A stretch of DNA of 64,000 nt from an uncultured Rivularia sp. (GTDB lineage: Bacteria; Cyanobacteriota; Cyanobacteriia; Cyanobacteriales; Nostocaceae). The DNA lies in assembly GCA_963665115.1 (NCBI GenBank), contig OY762007.1, positions 384,001-448,000 of the forward strand, given 5' to 3'. Shown piece by piece: positions 30,847-42,707 of this stretch; within the stretch, counting starts at the first letter, position 1, and every line of letters starts with the position of its first letter. A program made the translations under genes and the position numbers. Under the pieces are notes generated by a model. That model saw only the letters and a list, made by a program, of their open reading frames with translations. It ran no database searches and was not told the DNA's origin.

Positions 30847-31335
30847 TTACTTATTGTAAAGAAACGAAGATTTGAGAATAGCCTGTATATTTAATACCAA
30901 ATTTAATTCATCTTCGTCAGCAATACATCCATTTAGATAAGGAATTATATCACTTGCTTGATTTTGAGCCGATTGAATAGTGCCGGAATCAAATCTGACT
31001 GTACCTTTGATTTCTGGAACCATTAAACCGATGGTTTCCGCTTCATGACGAATTACAATAATATTGCATTGTCGCATTTGAGATTGTGACTCCAAACCCA
31101 ATATTTTTGGTAAGTCAACAACCCAGATAATTCGATTGCGCCAATTCATTAATCCCAGAATTAACTCAGACGTATTTGGGATTGAAGTTATTGCTGCTAA
31201 AGGTAATACAACTACTTCTTCAGTAAAATTTACCAGTAAAACAGCAGTAGTACTTCGATTTAGCTTGAATTGAAGATAGCCCTCACCTAAATTTGTCTGT
31301 GGCTGGGTTAATAGCTTCATATTAGATGCATTCAT
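30847..31335 (-). CDS. cheW: CheW-like coupling protein
   Basis: ITSIPN...LGLMNWRNRIIWVVDL...IGLMV. Confidence 0.88.
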   Translation of the reverse strand: MNASNMKLLTQPQTNLGEGYLQFKLNRSTTAVLLVNFTEEVVVLPLAAITSIPNTSELILGLMNWRNRIIWVVDLPKILGLESQSQMRQCNIIVIRHEAETIGLMVPEIKGTVRFDSGTIQSAQNQASDIIPYLNGCIADEDELNLVLNIQAILKSSFLYNK

Positions 31336-31582
31336 ATTTAATAAAGTCTGATTTCCAATGTCGTCAACTTATGCAAAAACCGATTGAATTGTATTAAGTA
31401 GTTATTCGCAGTTATAAAGCTTATTTAGCTCCCGTAGACTTAACAATTTTGTAATCACCATTATCAAGATAATGACTCATTAGCTCCAATTCACTTAGAG
31501 AGTCTTCAACAATTAATACAGTAATGAAAGAACAACCAATCAAATTAAATAGGACTTATTGGTAATTGTTCACTGCTCGCTG

Positions 31583-32659
31583 TTATAGTAAATGATGGAA
31601 AATCATCTTCAATAGCTCACTTTGATCGAAAGGCTTAGTTAAATAACCGCTAGCTCTAACCATTTTTGCCTTGGCTCGATCGATAAAACCTTTTCTTCCA
31701 GTCACCATAATTACGGGTACATCTTTGAAATACGAATGTTTCCGCAACAGCGAACATAATTCATAACCATCCAAATTCGGCATTTCTATATCCAGTAAAA
31801 TTAAATCTGGATTCGTGCTTAGAATTTGCATCAAAGCTTTTAAAGGTTCGTTGAAACCAACAACGCTAAAAATTTCTTCGTCTAAAAAAGATTGAATTGC
31901 AGTTAACACTGTAGGGCTATCGTCAATACAGACTATGGTGTAAACCTTTTTTCGATAATTCTGTCTGTAAACGCGCTGAGGGCTGTTGGGATAATTCGCA
32001 GTTTGAGCCGGAGCTTGACTAATCCCTGCTTTTGGCAAAGGTTGCTGAATCGGTATTTTATTCGATGAGATTTGCTCTACATTTTTAGATGGTGGATTTA
32101 CGATTACTGGCGACGGAGTATTTTCTAGATTCCGTGACTTTTGCTGAGTGTTTTCGATTAATAAATTCATATCTAGCTTGCAAAACTTAGGCATATCCTC
32201 CATAAAACTTTCCGTAGCAAATTCATAACTTCCTTGTTTTATAGCAAGAAATGAACTCAAAACATCAAATGCTAACTCCTTGATTAAGATTTTTGCTTGT
32301 GCTGGTGTAATCAGCTTTTGATTAACTAACCAGCAAATAGCTAAATAATCCGGATTAACTATCGCTTGATTATCAATACCTTTTTGAAAAATGATTCGTA
32401 ACTGCTGATATACCTTTTTTTGAGCAAGTGCAGGAATTTGCTTACCGTATTGTTGCAATTTTCTATAAAGCAAATCGAACATTTTATCCGTACAAGAAGC
32501 ATAAATTAGCTTGCTATCCTCGAAATAAAATGACCAGGAATCTGATGTACTAAAAACTTGTAAACACCCAGTAACAGGTTTATCAGTAATTTTTTTTAGC
32601 AGCACAGTCGGCTGAATTCGTTGAAAAAATCTGTATCTATTTATAGGAAGGATTTTCAT
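31583..32659 (-). CDS. PatA-family response regulator (PATAN plus REC)
   Basis: TGCLQV...W..YFEDSKLIYA; PDYLAICWL; C-terminal REC IVCIDDS...LLDIEMPNLDGYELCSLLRKH. Confidence 0.88.
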   Translation of the reverse strand: MKILPINRYRFFQRIQPTVLLKKITDKPVTGCLQVFSTSDSWSFYFEDSKLIYASCTDKMFDLLYRKLQQYGKQIPALAQKKVYQQLRIIFQKGIDNQAIVNPDYLAICWLVNQKLITPAQAKILIKELAFDVLSSFLAIKQGSYEFATESFMEDMPKFCKLDMNLLIENTQQKSRNLENTPSPVIVNPPSKNVEQISSNKIPIQQPLPKAGISQAPAQTANYPNSPQRVYRQNYRKKVYTIVCIDDSPTVLTAIQSFLDEEIFSVVGFNEPLKALMQILSTNPDLILLDIEMPNLDGYELCSLLRKHSYFKDVPVIMVTGRKGFIDRAKAKMVRASGYLTKPFDQSELLKMIFHHLL

Positions 32660-33347
32660 GTTCTGTGGCTTTTAATTTACTACAGAGATACCGCAATGCT
32701 AAGAACTTTTGTCATAGCGAAAATAAGCCGCATACGAGTTTACAGGTAATGTTTGTTCAAAATTGTTCGTCTATAGAACATTGAAACGTGTTGTTTCTAT
32801 CTTTCGCTAACCCTGTATATGCGACGGGTAGAAATTTACATAAACACAAGCAAACTAAAAGAGAAGTTTTACAGCGATACTATGCAGCGATTAGCGATTC
32901 ACAAAAAAGTCATTCTTCTATAAGAAACGTCATTCTGCATATTTTCAATTTAGAAGAAGCACCAACTGACAGCATAACCAGTAAAGAGAGCGTCAGTTAG
33001 GTGGTAGATGACAAGCAACTAACTTACTAACTTTTAGATTACTCTAATGTACCAGAAAAAGTAAAAGATGTATGAAAGTTTTTGTTGACAAGTAAAGCTC
33101 ATATTAAAACCAAATATTGTGAATGGCAAATGTTTTTTTATAAATAGTTAATTATCGTTTTTGGGTTCTTATACTTAAAGAATTCTTTCTGTAGAAGCGA
33201 TTACAGTTTCCTTGTATCTTTGAATATTAATAATTTAGGTGCGGCTATTCTGCTTTTTTTCCGGATGTTTATATAATAAGATATTTGTTAGCGATTGAGT
33301 GAGTAATGATAATGTTTTTGTTTTTCAGTTATTAGTTATTAATTAAT

Positions 33348-33631
33348 CTGGCAGTTGAAACTAATATATGTCCTGCTGAATCGGTATCCCGTTCTATTTC
33401 CGGGAAAGTAGCCACAAAAATAGTTTTAGAAACAAAAGTCCAAAGACAGTCAAAATCTACTGGCTTAACTACTTGGGTAAAAGAGTATTCTACCGGCAGC
33501 TAAACCCAAAAGCAGGTTATACATAATCAACTTATGTTACTCATCCTTGGCTTATTACAGATGCTTCAGATAACTGTTTAGGCGTTTATTATCCTGATGG
33601 ACAAACTCAGGTTGTAAGAATTAAACGATAA
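33348..33631 (+). pseudogene. Disrupted VHL beta-domain-like gene (frameshift at T4 33424-33427, in-frame TAA 33524-33526)
   Basis: Reconstructs to CPAESVSRSISGKVATKIVFRNKSPKTVKIYWLNYLGKRVFYRQLNPKAGYT*STYVTHPWLITDASDNCLGVYYPDGQTQVVRIKR*, which fits the VHL-beta pattern F.N.S...V..YW.NY.G....Y..L.P......TY..HPW. Confidence 0.7.
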
Positions 33632-33756
33632 GGGGGGAAACCAAAAATATAGTGAATGCAACCGAATGCCTCGTCGCAATTACAAGACATAATTATAATT
33701 TATTCACGCCTACCCGCCTATCATTTGTATTCTTTTCAAATAAAAACACTCCATAA

Positions 33757-33813
33757 CCTAGCCCACGCAGGTGGGCTTCGCAATTGTAGCCCCACCCTTC
33801 GAGGGTGAGGGCT
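33757..33813. repeat. Double-hairpin dispersed repeat
   Basis: AGCCCACGCAGGTGGGCT and GCCCCACCCTTCGAGGGTGAGGGC hairpins between convergent ORFs. Confidence 0.6.
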
Positions 33814-33847
33814 TATTTTAATCTAAAACCTAAAATCCAAAGTTCAA

Positions 33848-34492
33848 CTATCCCCTCTGCCTTTCCCTCTGCAAAGAATTCAAAGAATCATTAATCGATT
33901 TAACCGCTTGCGGGGAAACATCATACTCCGACTCTCCCATAACTTCCAAAGTCTTTTCCAAATCCTTAATTACTTGATTCAATTCCTTGTCAGATAATCT
34001 ACGTGCCTTTGCTTGCATATTCAGCGCAACGTTGCTCAATGCAAAAGCAGCATCCTGACGAATCCATTTCGATTCATTTTGCAATGCTTCTTGTAACAAA
34101 GGTAAAGCAACTTTGGTATCTCCACCTAGATTCGCAAGAGCAGTCGCAGCAGTGTAGCGTACCTCTGATTCGCTATCGTTTAGCGCTACCATCAAAGCTG
34201 GCTCGGCTATTTTCGCGCTTATGCCCATTCCACCCAATGCACGCGCAGCATTAACTCTGGCTTCTATATTTTCACTTCGCAATACTTGAATTAAAGTAGA
34301 TACTGCACCCCTGATGCTTGCTGTGGCATTTTCGGTTGTCTGTGCCGATGCTGTGGCGATCTGAAATAATGGTGAGGAGAAACATATCAATGTTAGAGAG
34401 ATGGTAGAAGCAAAGCTGTAACTAACAAATTTTGCAAAATCTTTCACCGAGCAGTTTAGGTAGATGCTTTTCATAATCGCTTTGTATAACAT
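33848..34492 (-). CDS. HEAT-repeat protein with possible N-terminal signal/TM segment
   Basis: RVNAARALG, VRYTAATALANLG, IRQDAAFALSN repeats. Confidence 0.8.
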   Translation of the reverse strand: MLYKAIMKSIYLNCSVKDFAKFVSYSFASTISLTLICFSSPLFQIATASAQTTENATASIRGAVSTLIQVLRSENIEARVNAARALGGMGISAKIAEPALMVALNDSESEVRYTAATALANLGGDTKVALPLLQEALQNESKWIRQDAAFALSNVALNMQAKARRLSDKELNQVIKDLEKTLEVMGESEYDVSPQAVKSINDSLNSLQRERQRG

Positions 34493-34606
34493 TATCAGTA
34501 CTGTTATACACTTAACACTTATGCAACTGCACGACCGTAATAATACTGAATCATACTTCAGTTCTGCTCTATTTTGATTTTTCAGTTTTATTGTTCGTGT
34601 CTTTCA

Positions 34607-35386
34607 TCAAACAATATATTTAAAGATTACTTTGAGTAAATCCTTTTTCCCGAAAGGTTTAGTAATGTAATCTGATGCTTTAACCATTTTGGCTTTTACC
34701 CGATTGATAATTCCTTTTTTCCCCGTTACCATAATTATCGGTGTTTCTTTCAAAGCAGAATGTTTCCGCAATAAAGAACATAATTCATATCCATCTAATG
34801 TTGGCATGGTTATGTCTAATAAAATTAAATCTGGCTTTAAGCGAATAACTTGCATTAAAGCTTTTAATGGATCGTTTATACCAACTACAGAAAAAAGGTT
34901 ATCATCTAAGTACATTTTGATAGCATTTACCACCGCTTTACTGTCATCAATACAGACAATGTTGTAAGTTTTAATATTCTCTTCCTGCTGGTAATCACCG
35001 TAACGATGACTTTGAGTTTCTAAAGCATTCCTTTGTGAAACTGCTATCTCAGATTTTCTAATAAAGTTGAGATAATGGATTTCATCTTCTTCTTGGTAAG
35101 AATCATCCTCATTTTCATAGTCTGAATAATTAATTGTCGTACTTAAGAAGCTATCTCCATTATCGTATAAATTATTCTCAGAATGTGAATTTATGTAAGG
35201 TTGGGATAATTTTAAATTCTCATTTTCTTCGTTTAATTCCGCATAACTTTGATTAAAATAATCATCATTATCGTTCAAATTTTCAAATAAGTCCCTATCT
35301 TCTGTATCTCGATAATCTTCTGTTTGATATCGATCGTTGAAGCCGTGCCAAAGATAGTTATGTAAAGATGATTGATTATTTTGCAT
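34607..35386 (-). CDS. Response regulator with acidic low-complexity N-terminus and PatA-like REC domain
   Basis: IVCIDDS...LLDITMPTLDGYELCSLLRKH...TKPF; D/E/N/Y-rich N-terminal ~135 aa. Confidence 0.82.
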   Translation of the reverse strand: MQNNQSSLHNYLWHGFNDRYQTEDYRDTEDRDLFENLNDNDDYFNQSYAELNEENENLKLSQPYINSHSENNLYDNGDSFLSTTINYSDYENEDDSYQEEDEIHYLNFIRKSEIAVSQRNALETQSHRYGDYQQEENIKTYNIVCIDDSKAVVNAIKMYLDDNLFSVVGINDPLKALMQVIRLKPDLILLDITMPTLDGYELCSLLRKHSALKETPIIMVTGKKGIINRVKAKMVKASDYITKPFGKKDLLKVIFKYIV

Positions 35387-35829
35387 ATTGAATGGACTCG
35401 GTTTAAAGTTAAGATTGAGAGTACTTTCGCTAAATAAAAAAAGCTAGAAATGTCTAATAAACAATCAACTCAATTCTTCAGATAGCTGCTAGCACAAATT
35501 AAAGGTTCCTTACAGTAATCCTATTTTAAATCTTAGAACACTTTCTCAGACACTTTGAGCCGAATCACTTAGGGAAATTTAAAATTGCAGAATTTATGTT
35601 AAATTCTGAAGCAATCTAGTCAGGACTGATTGCATATTGCCTAATAATATCATCAAAGTCTTAAATAGAATATTTACATACTGATTTTTTAGCTCAAAAT
35701 GTTTGAATACACTAATAATAATAATTTCAGTATTTAGCTCTTCACTTCCGGAAGTATTGCCCGATACAGACAAATAAAGTTTTGAGCTTAAGCAGCTATC
35801 TGGAGAACTTGGTAAATACTTTGTTAAGA

Positions 35830-35936
35830 TATAGCGATTCTAAATAGAAACCGATTGATTTGTAGTGCGAGCATCTTGCTCGCTCGGTACTAGCGAGCAA
35901 GATGCTCGCACTACGGAAATTAATTGGAATGACTAT
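35830..35936. mobile_element. REPIN/MITE-like element: perfect 23-bp inverted repeat (35862-35884 / 35892-35914) inside imperfect TATAG..ATTC termini
   Basis: GTAGTGCGAGCATCTTGCTCGCT-7nt-AGCGAGCAAGATGCTCGCACTAC. Confidence 0.7.
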
Positions 35937-36478
35937 ATTGGCTTCGATGCAGTAGCAGCTATCAACTAGCCTGAGAAGAAAATTAAATAATTATGACCGC
36001 TTTTTAGTGTAGTTCAGTTAAGAATCAGCTTTCTATTCAATCGACGACTATCGGATTGTGGCTAATGTATCATTAGTAACTTATTAACTCAGTTTCAAGC
36101 TGTTAATTCTTACCAGTAACAATAATCAGCTATTAAAATAGTCGTAAAAATTACACTTTATTAAGTCTAGATTAACTATGAGTAGGAAATTAGTTTTATG
36201 TAAAAATATAGTATTGTTCCTGTAGAGGATTAATTGCAAAGTTTTTAAATATTCTTGTTTTTATTGAAAATTCGCGTTGGTTTTTTTGTCGATCGCACAA
36301 CAGAATAATACTATTTTCATAAAAATAAACCGGGTTTATTAGGGCTTAACGAAAATAGTGCAAGATATGACTTATATCTAAAAAATATATAAAATTACGA
36401 TCGGAAAATAGTATTATTTATAATTACGACAATATTGCTTGTTTTCCGTTCCCTATTCTTGATTAACTAAAAACTAAA

Positions 36479-37409
36479 ATGATCTCAAATCAATCAATAT
36501 CTTTAGAAGTTGAACAAAACAGTTCGCGTTTAGATAGTTACCTTTCTCAAAAAAGCCCAGATTTATCACGTTCGAGAATTCAACAATTAATTGAAAAAGG
36601 GTCACGTCCAAGTTAATGGTGAAATTTGTAATTCTAAAAAAATAGCTCTTAAACAAGGAGATTTTATTGTTTTAGAAATACCGCAAGCCGAACCTTTAGA
36701 ATTACAGGCAGAAGATATTCCTTTAGATATTTTGTACGAAGACGAACAAATTCTTATTTTAAATAAACCTGCTGGTTTAGTCGTTCATCCTGCACCAGGG
36801 CATCCCAATGGAACTTTAGTTAATGCAGTTTTAGCTCATTGTCCTAATTTGCCAGGAATCGGTGGAGTACAACGTCCGGGAATCGTTCACCGACTTGATA
36901 AAGATACCACCGGAGCCATCGCGATCGCCAAAACTGAAGTTGCCCATCACAGCTTGCAAGCGCAACTGAAAGCCAAAACGGCGCGTAGAGAATATCTCGG
37001 TGTAGTGTACGGTGTAACCAAGCAAGAATCCGGTTCCATAAATTTACCTATAGGTCGTCATCCTAAAGAACGAAAAAAAATGGCGGTTGTTCCCGTAGAA
37101 AAAGGTGGGCGTGAAGCTGTTACCCATTGGCAAATAAAGGAACGTTTGGGGAACTATACATTAATGCACTTTCAGTTAGAAACAGGACGTACCCATCAAA
37201 TTCGCGTTCACAGCGCTCAAATTGGTCATCCAATTGTAGGAGATTCTGTTTATAGTTCGGGTCATTCGGTAGGAGTAAATTTACCAGGACAAGCTTTACA
37301 CGCTTGGAAACTTCAGTTAAAACATCCTCTAACTAACAATTTAGTTGAAGTTGTAGCACCTCTTCCTCAAGTATTTTCGACTTTATTACAAGTTTTAAGG
37401 CGACGTTAA
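36479..37409 (+). CDS. rluD: RluA/RluD-family 23S rRNA pseudouridine synthase; +1 frameshift at 36594-36601
   Basis: ATG 36479 gives MISNQSISLEVEQNSSRLDSYLSQKSPDLSRSRIQQLIEK (S4 domain), continuing into GHVQVNG; NKPAGLVVHP; GIVHRLDKDTTG; TGRTHQIRVH. Confidence 0.9.
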
Positions 37410-38150
37410 GCGAATTTATTAAAAATAGAAAATACTAATTACATTTATAAGTTTTTGAATTCATCTTTACATAAATAAATTATTGCTGAAACATTGTATT
37501 GATTGAAAATTGAAGCAATACTTCCGGTGATAGTAAGATTTTCGCTGGATATTTGCATAATCGAACGTTAACCATATATTTTGACCTCTTCTACGTAATA
37601 TATATGTAAGTTATAATACTATATTTATTATATGAATTACATTAAGCACAAATCTAGTTGAGCCGCATTAATTTCGCCATTTAAAACATTTTTAGTGCGA
37701 GCATCTTGCTCCGATTTCAATATTATTATACCTGTATTTACTTAGACAACCTTTTTATAATACATCTTTTTTACATCTAATAATATAGAAAAAACCAATT
37801 GTAACTCTGGATGAAGAAAAGTATCCGAACGTAAAGCATATCTTGCAATTAGAGGTTTAAAAAGCTTATACATAGAGACTTTGACTTGATTAGACATACA
37901 TTTACTTTCCGTTAATAAACTTAACCAAAAAAAAGTTCAACCGATATATACAATACGAACAAGGTTTTAAAAGCAATTACAAATCAAGCAAAAAATTAAG
38001 TCTTTTTGGACTACTTATTTGCATAGGGCAACGCTGATGCCTAGTAGCTAGAGATGCAAAAGTTACCATAATTTGGCTGAATTTATGCTGAAAAATTGAA
38101 CTGCTGCAAACCAATTAAGAGCTAAATAAACTTGATGGAGACAATAAAAA

Positions 38151-38669
38151 ATGCTTGATGCTTTTTCTAAAGTTGTTGAACAAGCTGATAAGAAAGGTGC
38201 TTACCTCGGAGAAGACGAAATCAATGGGTTGTCAGCAATGGTTGCTGATAGCAATAAGCGTTTAGATATAGTTAACAGACTCAGCAGCAACTCTTCTTCG
38301 ATTGTGGCAAACGCTTATCGTGCTTTAGTTGCCGAACGTCCGCAAGTCTTTAATGCTGGTGGTGCTTGCTTCCATAATCGCAATCAAGCTGCTTGCATTC
38401 GTGATATGGGATTTATCCTACGGTACGTTACCTATTCCGTACTTTCCGGAGATACAAGCGCAATGGATGACCGTTGTTTAAACGGTTTAAGGGAAACCTA
38501 TCAAGCTTTAGGTACTCCTGGCGATGCTGTGGCTTCTGGAATTCAAAAAATGAAAGATGCTGCGATGCAAATTGCCAATGATTCCAACAATATAACCAAG
38601 GGTGATTGCAGCCAGTTAATGTCGGAAGTGGGAAGCTATTTTGACCGCGCTGCCTCTGCTGTAGTCTAA
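38151..38669 (+). CDS. pecB: Phycoerythrocyanin beta subunit
   Basis: [43 protein letters not shown]. Confidence 0.96.
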   Translation: MLDAFSKVVEQADKKGAYLGEDEINGLSAMVADSNKRLDIVNRLSSNSSSIVANAYRALVAERPQVFNAGGACFHNRNQAACIRDMGFILRYVTYSVLSGDTSAMDDRCLNGLRETYQALGTPGDAVASGIQKMKDAAMQIANDSNNITKGDCSQLMSEVGSYFDRAASAVV

Positions 38670-38804
38670 TAGACTTTCTCTGAATCGCACTTTTTGTGAG
38701 AGTAGTTTTTTGTCATCTGTAACTGCTATCGTTTGCAGCCTGCAATCAGATGACGCAGCAATTGTTTTAACAAACCGTACCCAAATAAAGGAATATCGAA
38801 AATT

Positions 38805-39293
38805 ATGAAAACACCTTTGACTGAAGCAATATCAACCGCAGACGTTCGCGGTTCCTACTTAAGCAACACCGAAATGCAAGGTGTTTTCGGTCGCTTTAAC
38901 CGCGCTAAAGCAGGTTTAGAAGCAGCCAAAGCATTTTCCCAAAATGGTCAAAAATGGGCAGAAGCAGCAGCAAATCACGTGTATAAAAAGTTTCCCTACA
39001 CCACACAAATGGAGGGACCACAATATGCATCTACCAATGAAGGCAAAAATAAATGCGTGCGCGACATTGACCATTACTTACGCACTATTAGCTACTGCTG
39101 TGTAGTTGGTGGCACAGGTCCTTTAGATGAATATGTCGTTGCTGGATTAAGCGAACTAAATGCCGCTTTAGGTTTATCTCCTAGCTGGTATGTAGCTGCT
39201 TTAGAATTCGTCCGCGACAATCATGGTTTGAGTGGAGATGTAGCCGGAGAAGCTAATATTTACCTTAACTATGCAATCAATGCATTGAGTTAG
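38805..39293 (+). CDS. pecA: Phycoerythrocyanin alpha subunit
   Basis: [38 protein letters not shown] with the PEC-specific CC. Confidence 0.96.
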   Translation: MKTPLTEAISTADVRGSYLSNTEMQGVFGRFNRAKAGLEAAKAFSQNGQKWAEAAANHVYKKFPYTTQMEGPQYASTNEGKNKCVRDIDHYLRTISYCCVVGGTGPLDEYVVAGLSELNAALGLSPSWYVAALEFVRDNHGLSGDVAGEANIYLNYAINALS

Positions 39294-39360
39294 AAGTAAT
39301 AAAGTATTTAGTTAAAACAGTACCGCTTATTTATTCCTGAATTGCTTGTGAAGCGTTAAT

Positions 39361-39422
39361 AACCTGGTTTCTTTGAGAGTAAAAAGGCGGATATTGCTCG
39401 ATTATTCCCAAGAAACCAGGTT
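39361..39422 (+). terminator. Stem-loop between pecA and pecC (attenuator/stabiliser)
   Basis: AACCTGGTTTCTT...AAGAAACCAGGTT 13-bp stem. Confidence 0.65.
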
Positions 39423-39529
39423 TATTTGCATTTTTTCAGTGGAAAATTAAACCCTTTCGAGCAAAATCCGATCGGTGCAAAACATGAATCTAATTAATAA
39501 ACCTGTAAGAAAAAGGAGAAATTGTAAAT

Positions 39530-40365
39530 ATGAATAGTTCAGTTGCAGAAAGATTAGCAATTAGAGATGCAGTTGAGAATAAAGTAGAACTGCGTCAAAA
39601 TTGGAACGAAGACAATTTGCAGTTGGTATTTAAAGCTGCTTACACCCATATTTTTGGTCGTCAAGGAATATATGCCAACGAAAAATTTACTAGTGCCGAG
39701 TCTTTATTGCGTAACGGTAAAATTGATGTACAGCAATTTGTTGAAACCTTAGCAAAATCTGATTTTTACAAAGAATGCTTTTTTCAAAGTAATTCCCAAG
39801 TGCGGTTTATTGAATTAAACTACAAGCATTTACTCGGACGTGCGCCCTACGATCAATCAGAAATCGCCTATCATACAGATATCTACGCCGCGAATGGCTA
39901 TGATGCAGATATTGAATCCTATATCTACAGTTCCGAATACGAAAGCGCTTTTGGTAATTATACCGTTCCCTATTACCGTGGATTTAGTACAATTCCCGGC
40001 ATGAAAACCGTCGGATATAACCGGATATTTGCATTACACAAAGGCTTTGGTAACAGCGATAACGCTCAATATGGCGGTAAAAATTCACGCTTGCGGGGAC
40101 AGATTTCCAAAAACCAAGCAAACATGATTGTACCGCCAACCTCACCTGCTTCAAGCTTTGCATCGACAGCACCAACATTGATTAGTTCCGCACCAAGGGG
40201 AGACAATCGAATGTTTATCATTGAATCTATCGCAGGTGGAATTAATAGTAAAGTAGCCCTGCGTCGCAGCAGACAAGTTTACACCGTACCCTACAGCCGT
40301 CTCTCAGACACATATCAAGAAATTCACAACGCGGCGGTAAGATAACCAAAATTACACCAGCTTAG
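39530..40365 (+). CDS. pecC: PEC-associated rod linker; -1 frameshift at 40328-40329
   Basis: [32 protein letters not shown]. Adding one A restores the CpcD-like ending [15 protein letters not shown]. Confidence 0.92.
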
Positions 40366-40521
40366 GAAAGATGGGGGGACAAGGGGACAAGGAGATAGGG
40401 AGGCATTCTTAAAGTAGCGAGTAGTAGTTATGGTAGTTTACTTGTTACTTGCTACTTGTTACTTATAACTCCTCACTTCTAACTATTCCCCATGCCCCAT
40501 GCCCAATCCCCAATTTTTTTT

Positions 40522-41277
40522 ATGAACGAACCAATATTTACTGCGGAAGCTGCGGAAACTGCTTTACAAAGTGAAGATAATCAAATCCGCTACTATGCTG
40601 CTTGGTGGTTGGGAAAGCATCAGGTGCAAGAAAGCTGTGCGGCTTTGTGTGAAGCTTTGTTTGATGAACGTTATCGCATCCCGTCGGGGGGATATCCTCT
40701 GCGTCGTCAAGCTGCACGCGCATTGGGGCAATTAAAAAATCGATCTGCTGTGGAAGCATTAATTAAAGCTTGCGAATGCGATGATTTTCGTTTACGAGAA
40801 GCAGTAATTCAAGCTTTAGCTGCTATTGGCGATCGCAAAGCCATAAATCCTTTATTAAAAATGATGCGGTGCGATGAAGAGCAGCCATACGAAGCTTTGA
40901 TTGAAGCTCTTGCAACTTTCAAAGTTGATTCAGCCCGTTCTTTAATTGAACCTTTCTTGAATAATTCATCCGAAAGAATCCAATGTGCCGCAGCACGATA
41001 TTTTTATCTTGTAACTCAACAACCGCAATATCTTGAAAGCATTCTTAAATACCTCAACCATGAAAATATGTACGTGCGTTGGGCGGCGGTTTTCGACTTA
41101 GGCGCGGTGGCACATCATCAAGCAGTAGAAGCCATTCTCACGGCTACAGTTCCTAATAGTTTGAAGCTGCTAAATTTGAAGCGAATTTTAGAAACCATAT
41201 TAGATAGCGATACTCCTGAAAAAGAAACATCCCAATCAATTTTTCACGCAATTGATGATTTATTGATTCAGGTTTGA
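40522..41277 (+). CDS. pecE: Phycoviolobilin lyase-isomerase subunit PecE
   Basis: IRYYAAWWLGKH; GGYPLRRQAARALG; operon position. The start at 40492 lies in an STRR repeat, so ATG 40522 is preferred. Confidence 0.92.
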   Translation: MNEPIFTAEAAETALQSEDNQIRYYAAWWLGKHQVQESCAALCEALFDERYRIPSGGYPLRRQAARALGQLKNRSAVEALIKACECDDFRLREAVIQALAAIGDRKAINPLLKMMRCDEEQPYEALIEALATFKVDSARSLIEPFLNNSSERIQCAAARYFYLVTQQPQYLESILKYLNHENMYVRWAAVFDLGAVAHHQAVEAILTATVPNSLKLLNLKRILETILDSDTPEKETSQSIFHAIDDLLIQV

Positions 41278-41460
41278 AGGGAATTGGGAATTGGGCATGG
41301 GGCATTGCGGATGGGGCATTGGGCATTGGGGGAAATTTTTAGAGTCGTGAGTAAAAAGTTTAATTTACCAGCTATCAACAACTCATAACTCTCTACTTAC
41401 TACTCGCTACTCGCTACTCACTACTCACTACTCGCTACTCACTACTCATTCTTAACTCCT

Positions 41461-41994
41461 ATGAACGTCTTAGATTCTCTAGATATTTCTGCGATAAATA
41501 CTTTCGTGGAATCTTTAAAACAGCATAATCCTCAGATTGGTGCTGCTGCGGTTGAGGCTTTGATTAAGTTTGCACCTGTAACGGTACAACCATTGATTGA
41601 TGCTTTCTATGATTCTACCGACCAAAGCATACAAGTTTATATGGTTCAGGCTTTGGCTCTAATTGGAAACCCTGAAGCCGTTGATTTGTTAGCTGAAGTT
41701 GTGGGTACAGAAGTTGCTAATCATTGCCAAGGAAATGTCCGTCGCATTGCAGCAAGGGGACTTGGGCGCATTGCCAGCACTTCAAATAATACGGAAATCG
41801 TTCATCGAGCTTCGGAAAAACTGATTTGGGCGTTGTTTACTCCTCAAGATTGGGGTTTACGTTATGCTGCTGCGGTTTCTTTACAGGAAATTGCTACCCC
41901 CAGAGCCAATATTGCTTTACAACAAGCACTAACACTAGAACAAGACAAAGTTGTACTGGCCCGAATTGCAACAGCCTTAGACAGTCAACAGTGA
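41461..41994 (+). CDS. pecF: Phycoviolobilin lyase-isomerase subunit PecF
   Basis: NHCQGNVRR isomerase motif; DWGLRYAAAVSL. Confidence 0.92.
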   Translation: MNVLDSLDISAINTFVESLKQHNPQIGAAAVEALIKFAPVTVQPLIDAFYDSTDQSIQVYMVQALALIGNPEAVDLLAEVVGTEVANHCQGNVRRIAARGLGRIASTSNNTEIVHRASEKLIWALFTPQDWGLRYAAAVSLQEIATPRANIALQQALTLEQDKVVLARIATALDSQQ

Positions 41995-42707
41995 GCAGTT
42001 ATCAAATAGTTAGTTAGGAATTAGAAGTTTAAATTTCTCCTCGTCCCCATCTCCCCATCTCCCAGTGGTAACTGATAACTGTTCGCTGGGAACTTTTTCT
42101 TCTATCCCGCTAACTGAAAGCTTTTCGGGTTTTTCTTAATTTCGTTGCCATCAAAATATTTTCAAAAATTTACATTAAGAGAATGGTCTGACTTTGTTAA
42201 CAACTATTAAGGGGTCAATAGTAAGCTGAAATTGTATCATAGTACTCAAATGCTTGCTGTAGCTAGGGTTGTTAGATAGTTAAAAAAATCTAAAAACGAA
42301 AGAAATTAATGTCTTTGAGGTATTTGATGAAGTTATGTAACGAATAAAATCGACTTTTTTAAGGCAAATCTCTTATATGTAAAGGATTTGAGGTTTTTCT
42401 TATTGCACTATCGCATTTATTCATATTTTGTAACAAAATCTGTCCTTGTGGCGGTGTATAAACATAATCTGGAGGGGTTAAATAACAGGCAAAATTTAAA
42501 AGGGACAATCAATTTGTAAAGGTTGTCTGTTTCTCATAAAATAAGCCAAGATTCTCATATTTCTTATTCGCTCAACCTCGAATTAGAATGACGAGGCAAA
42601 TAATTTGGCAGTTAAAACAACATCTGTTATATCCCATCCTTTGACGAAAGGCTGCCATTTTTAATCAAGGCAATACTTAAAAACTAAGCAATCAGGAGAA
42701 AAAGTCG

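Noticed and set aside
32788..33000. 70-aa ORF upstream of patA
   Set aside because: GTG start, no motif, likely promoter region.
42330..42440. RpaB (HLR1) or NtcA sites upstream of cpcB (and of hli at ~57975-57995)
   Set aside because: Only single GTTACA half-sites were seen; no convincing full consensus.
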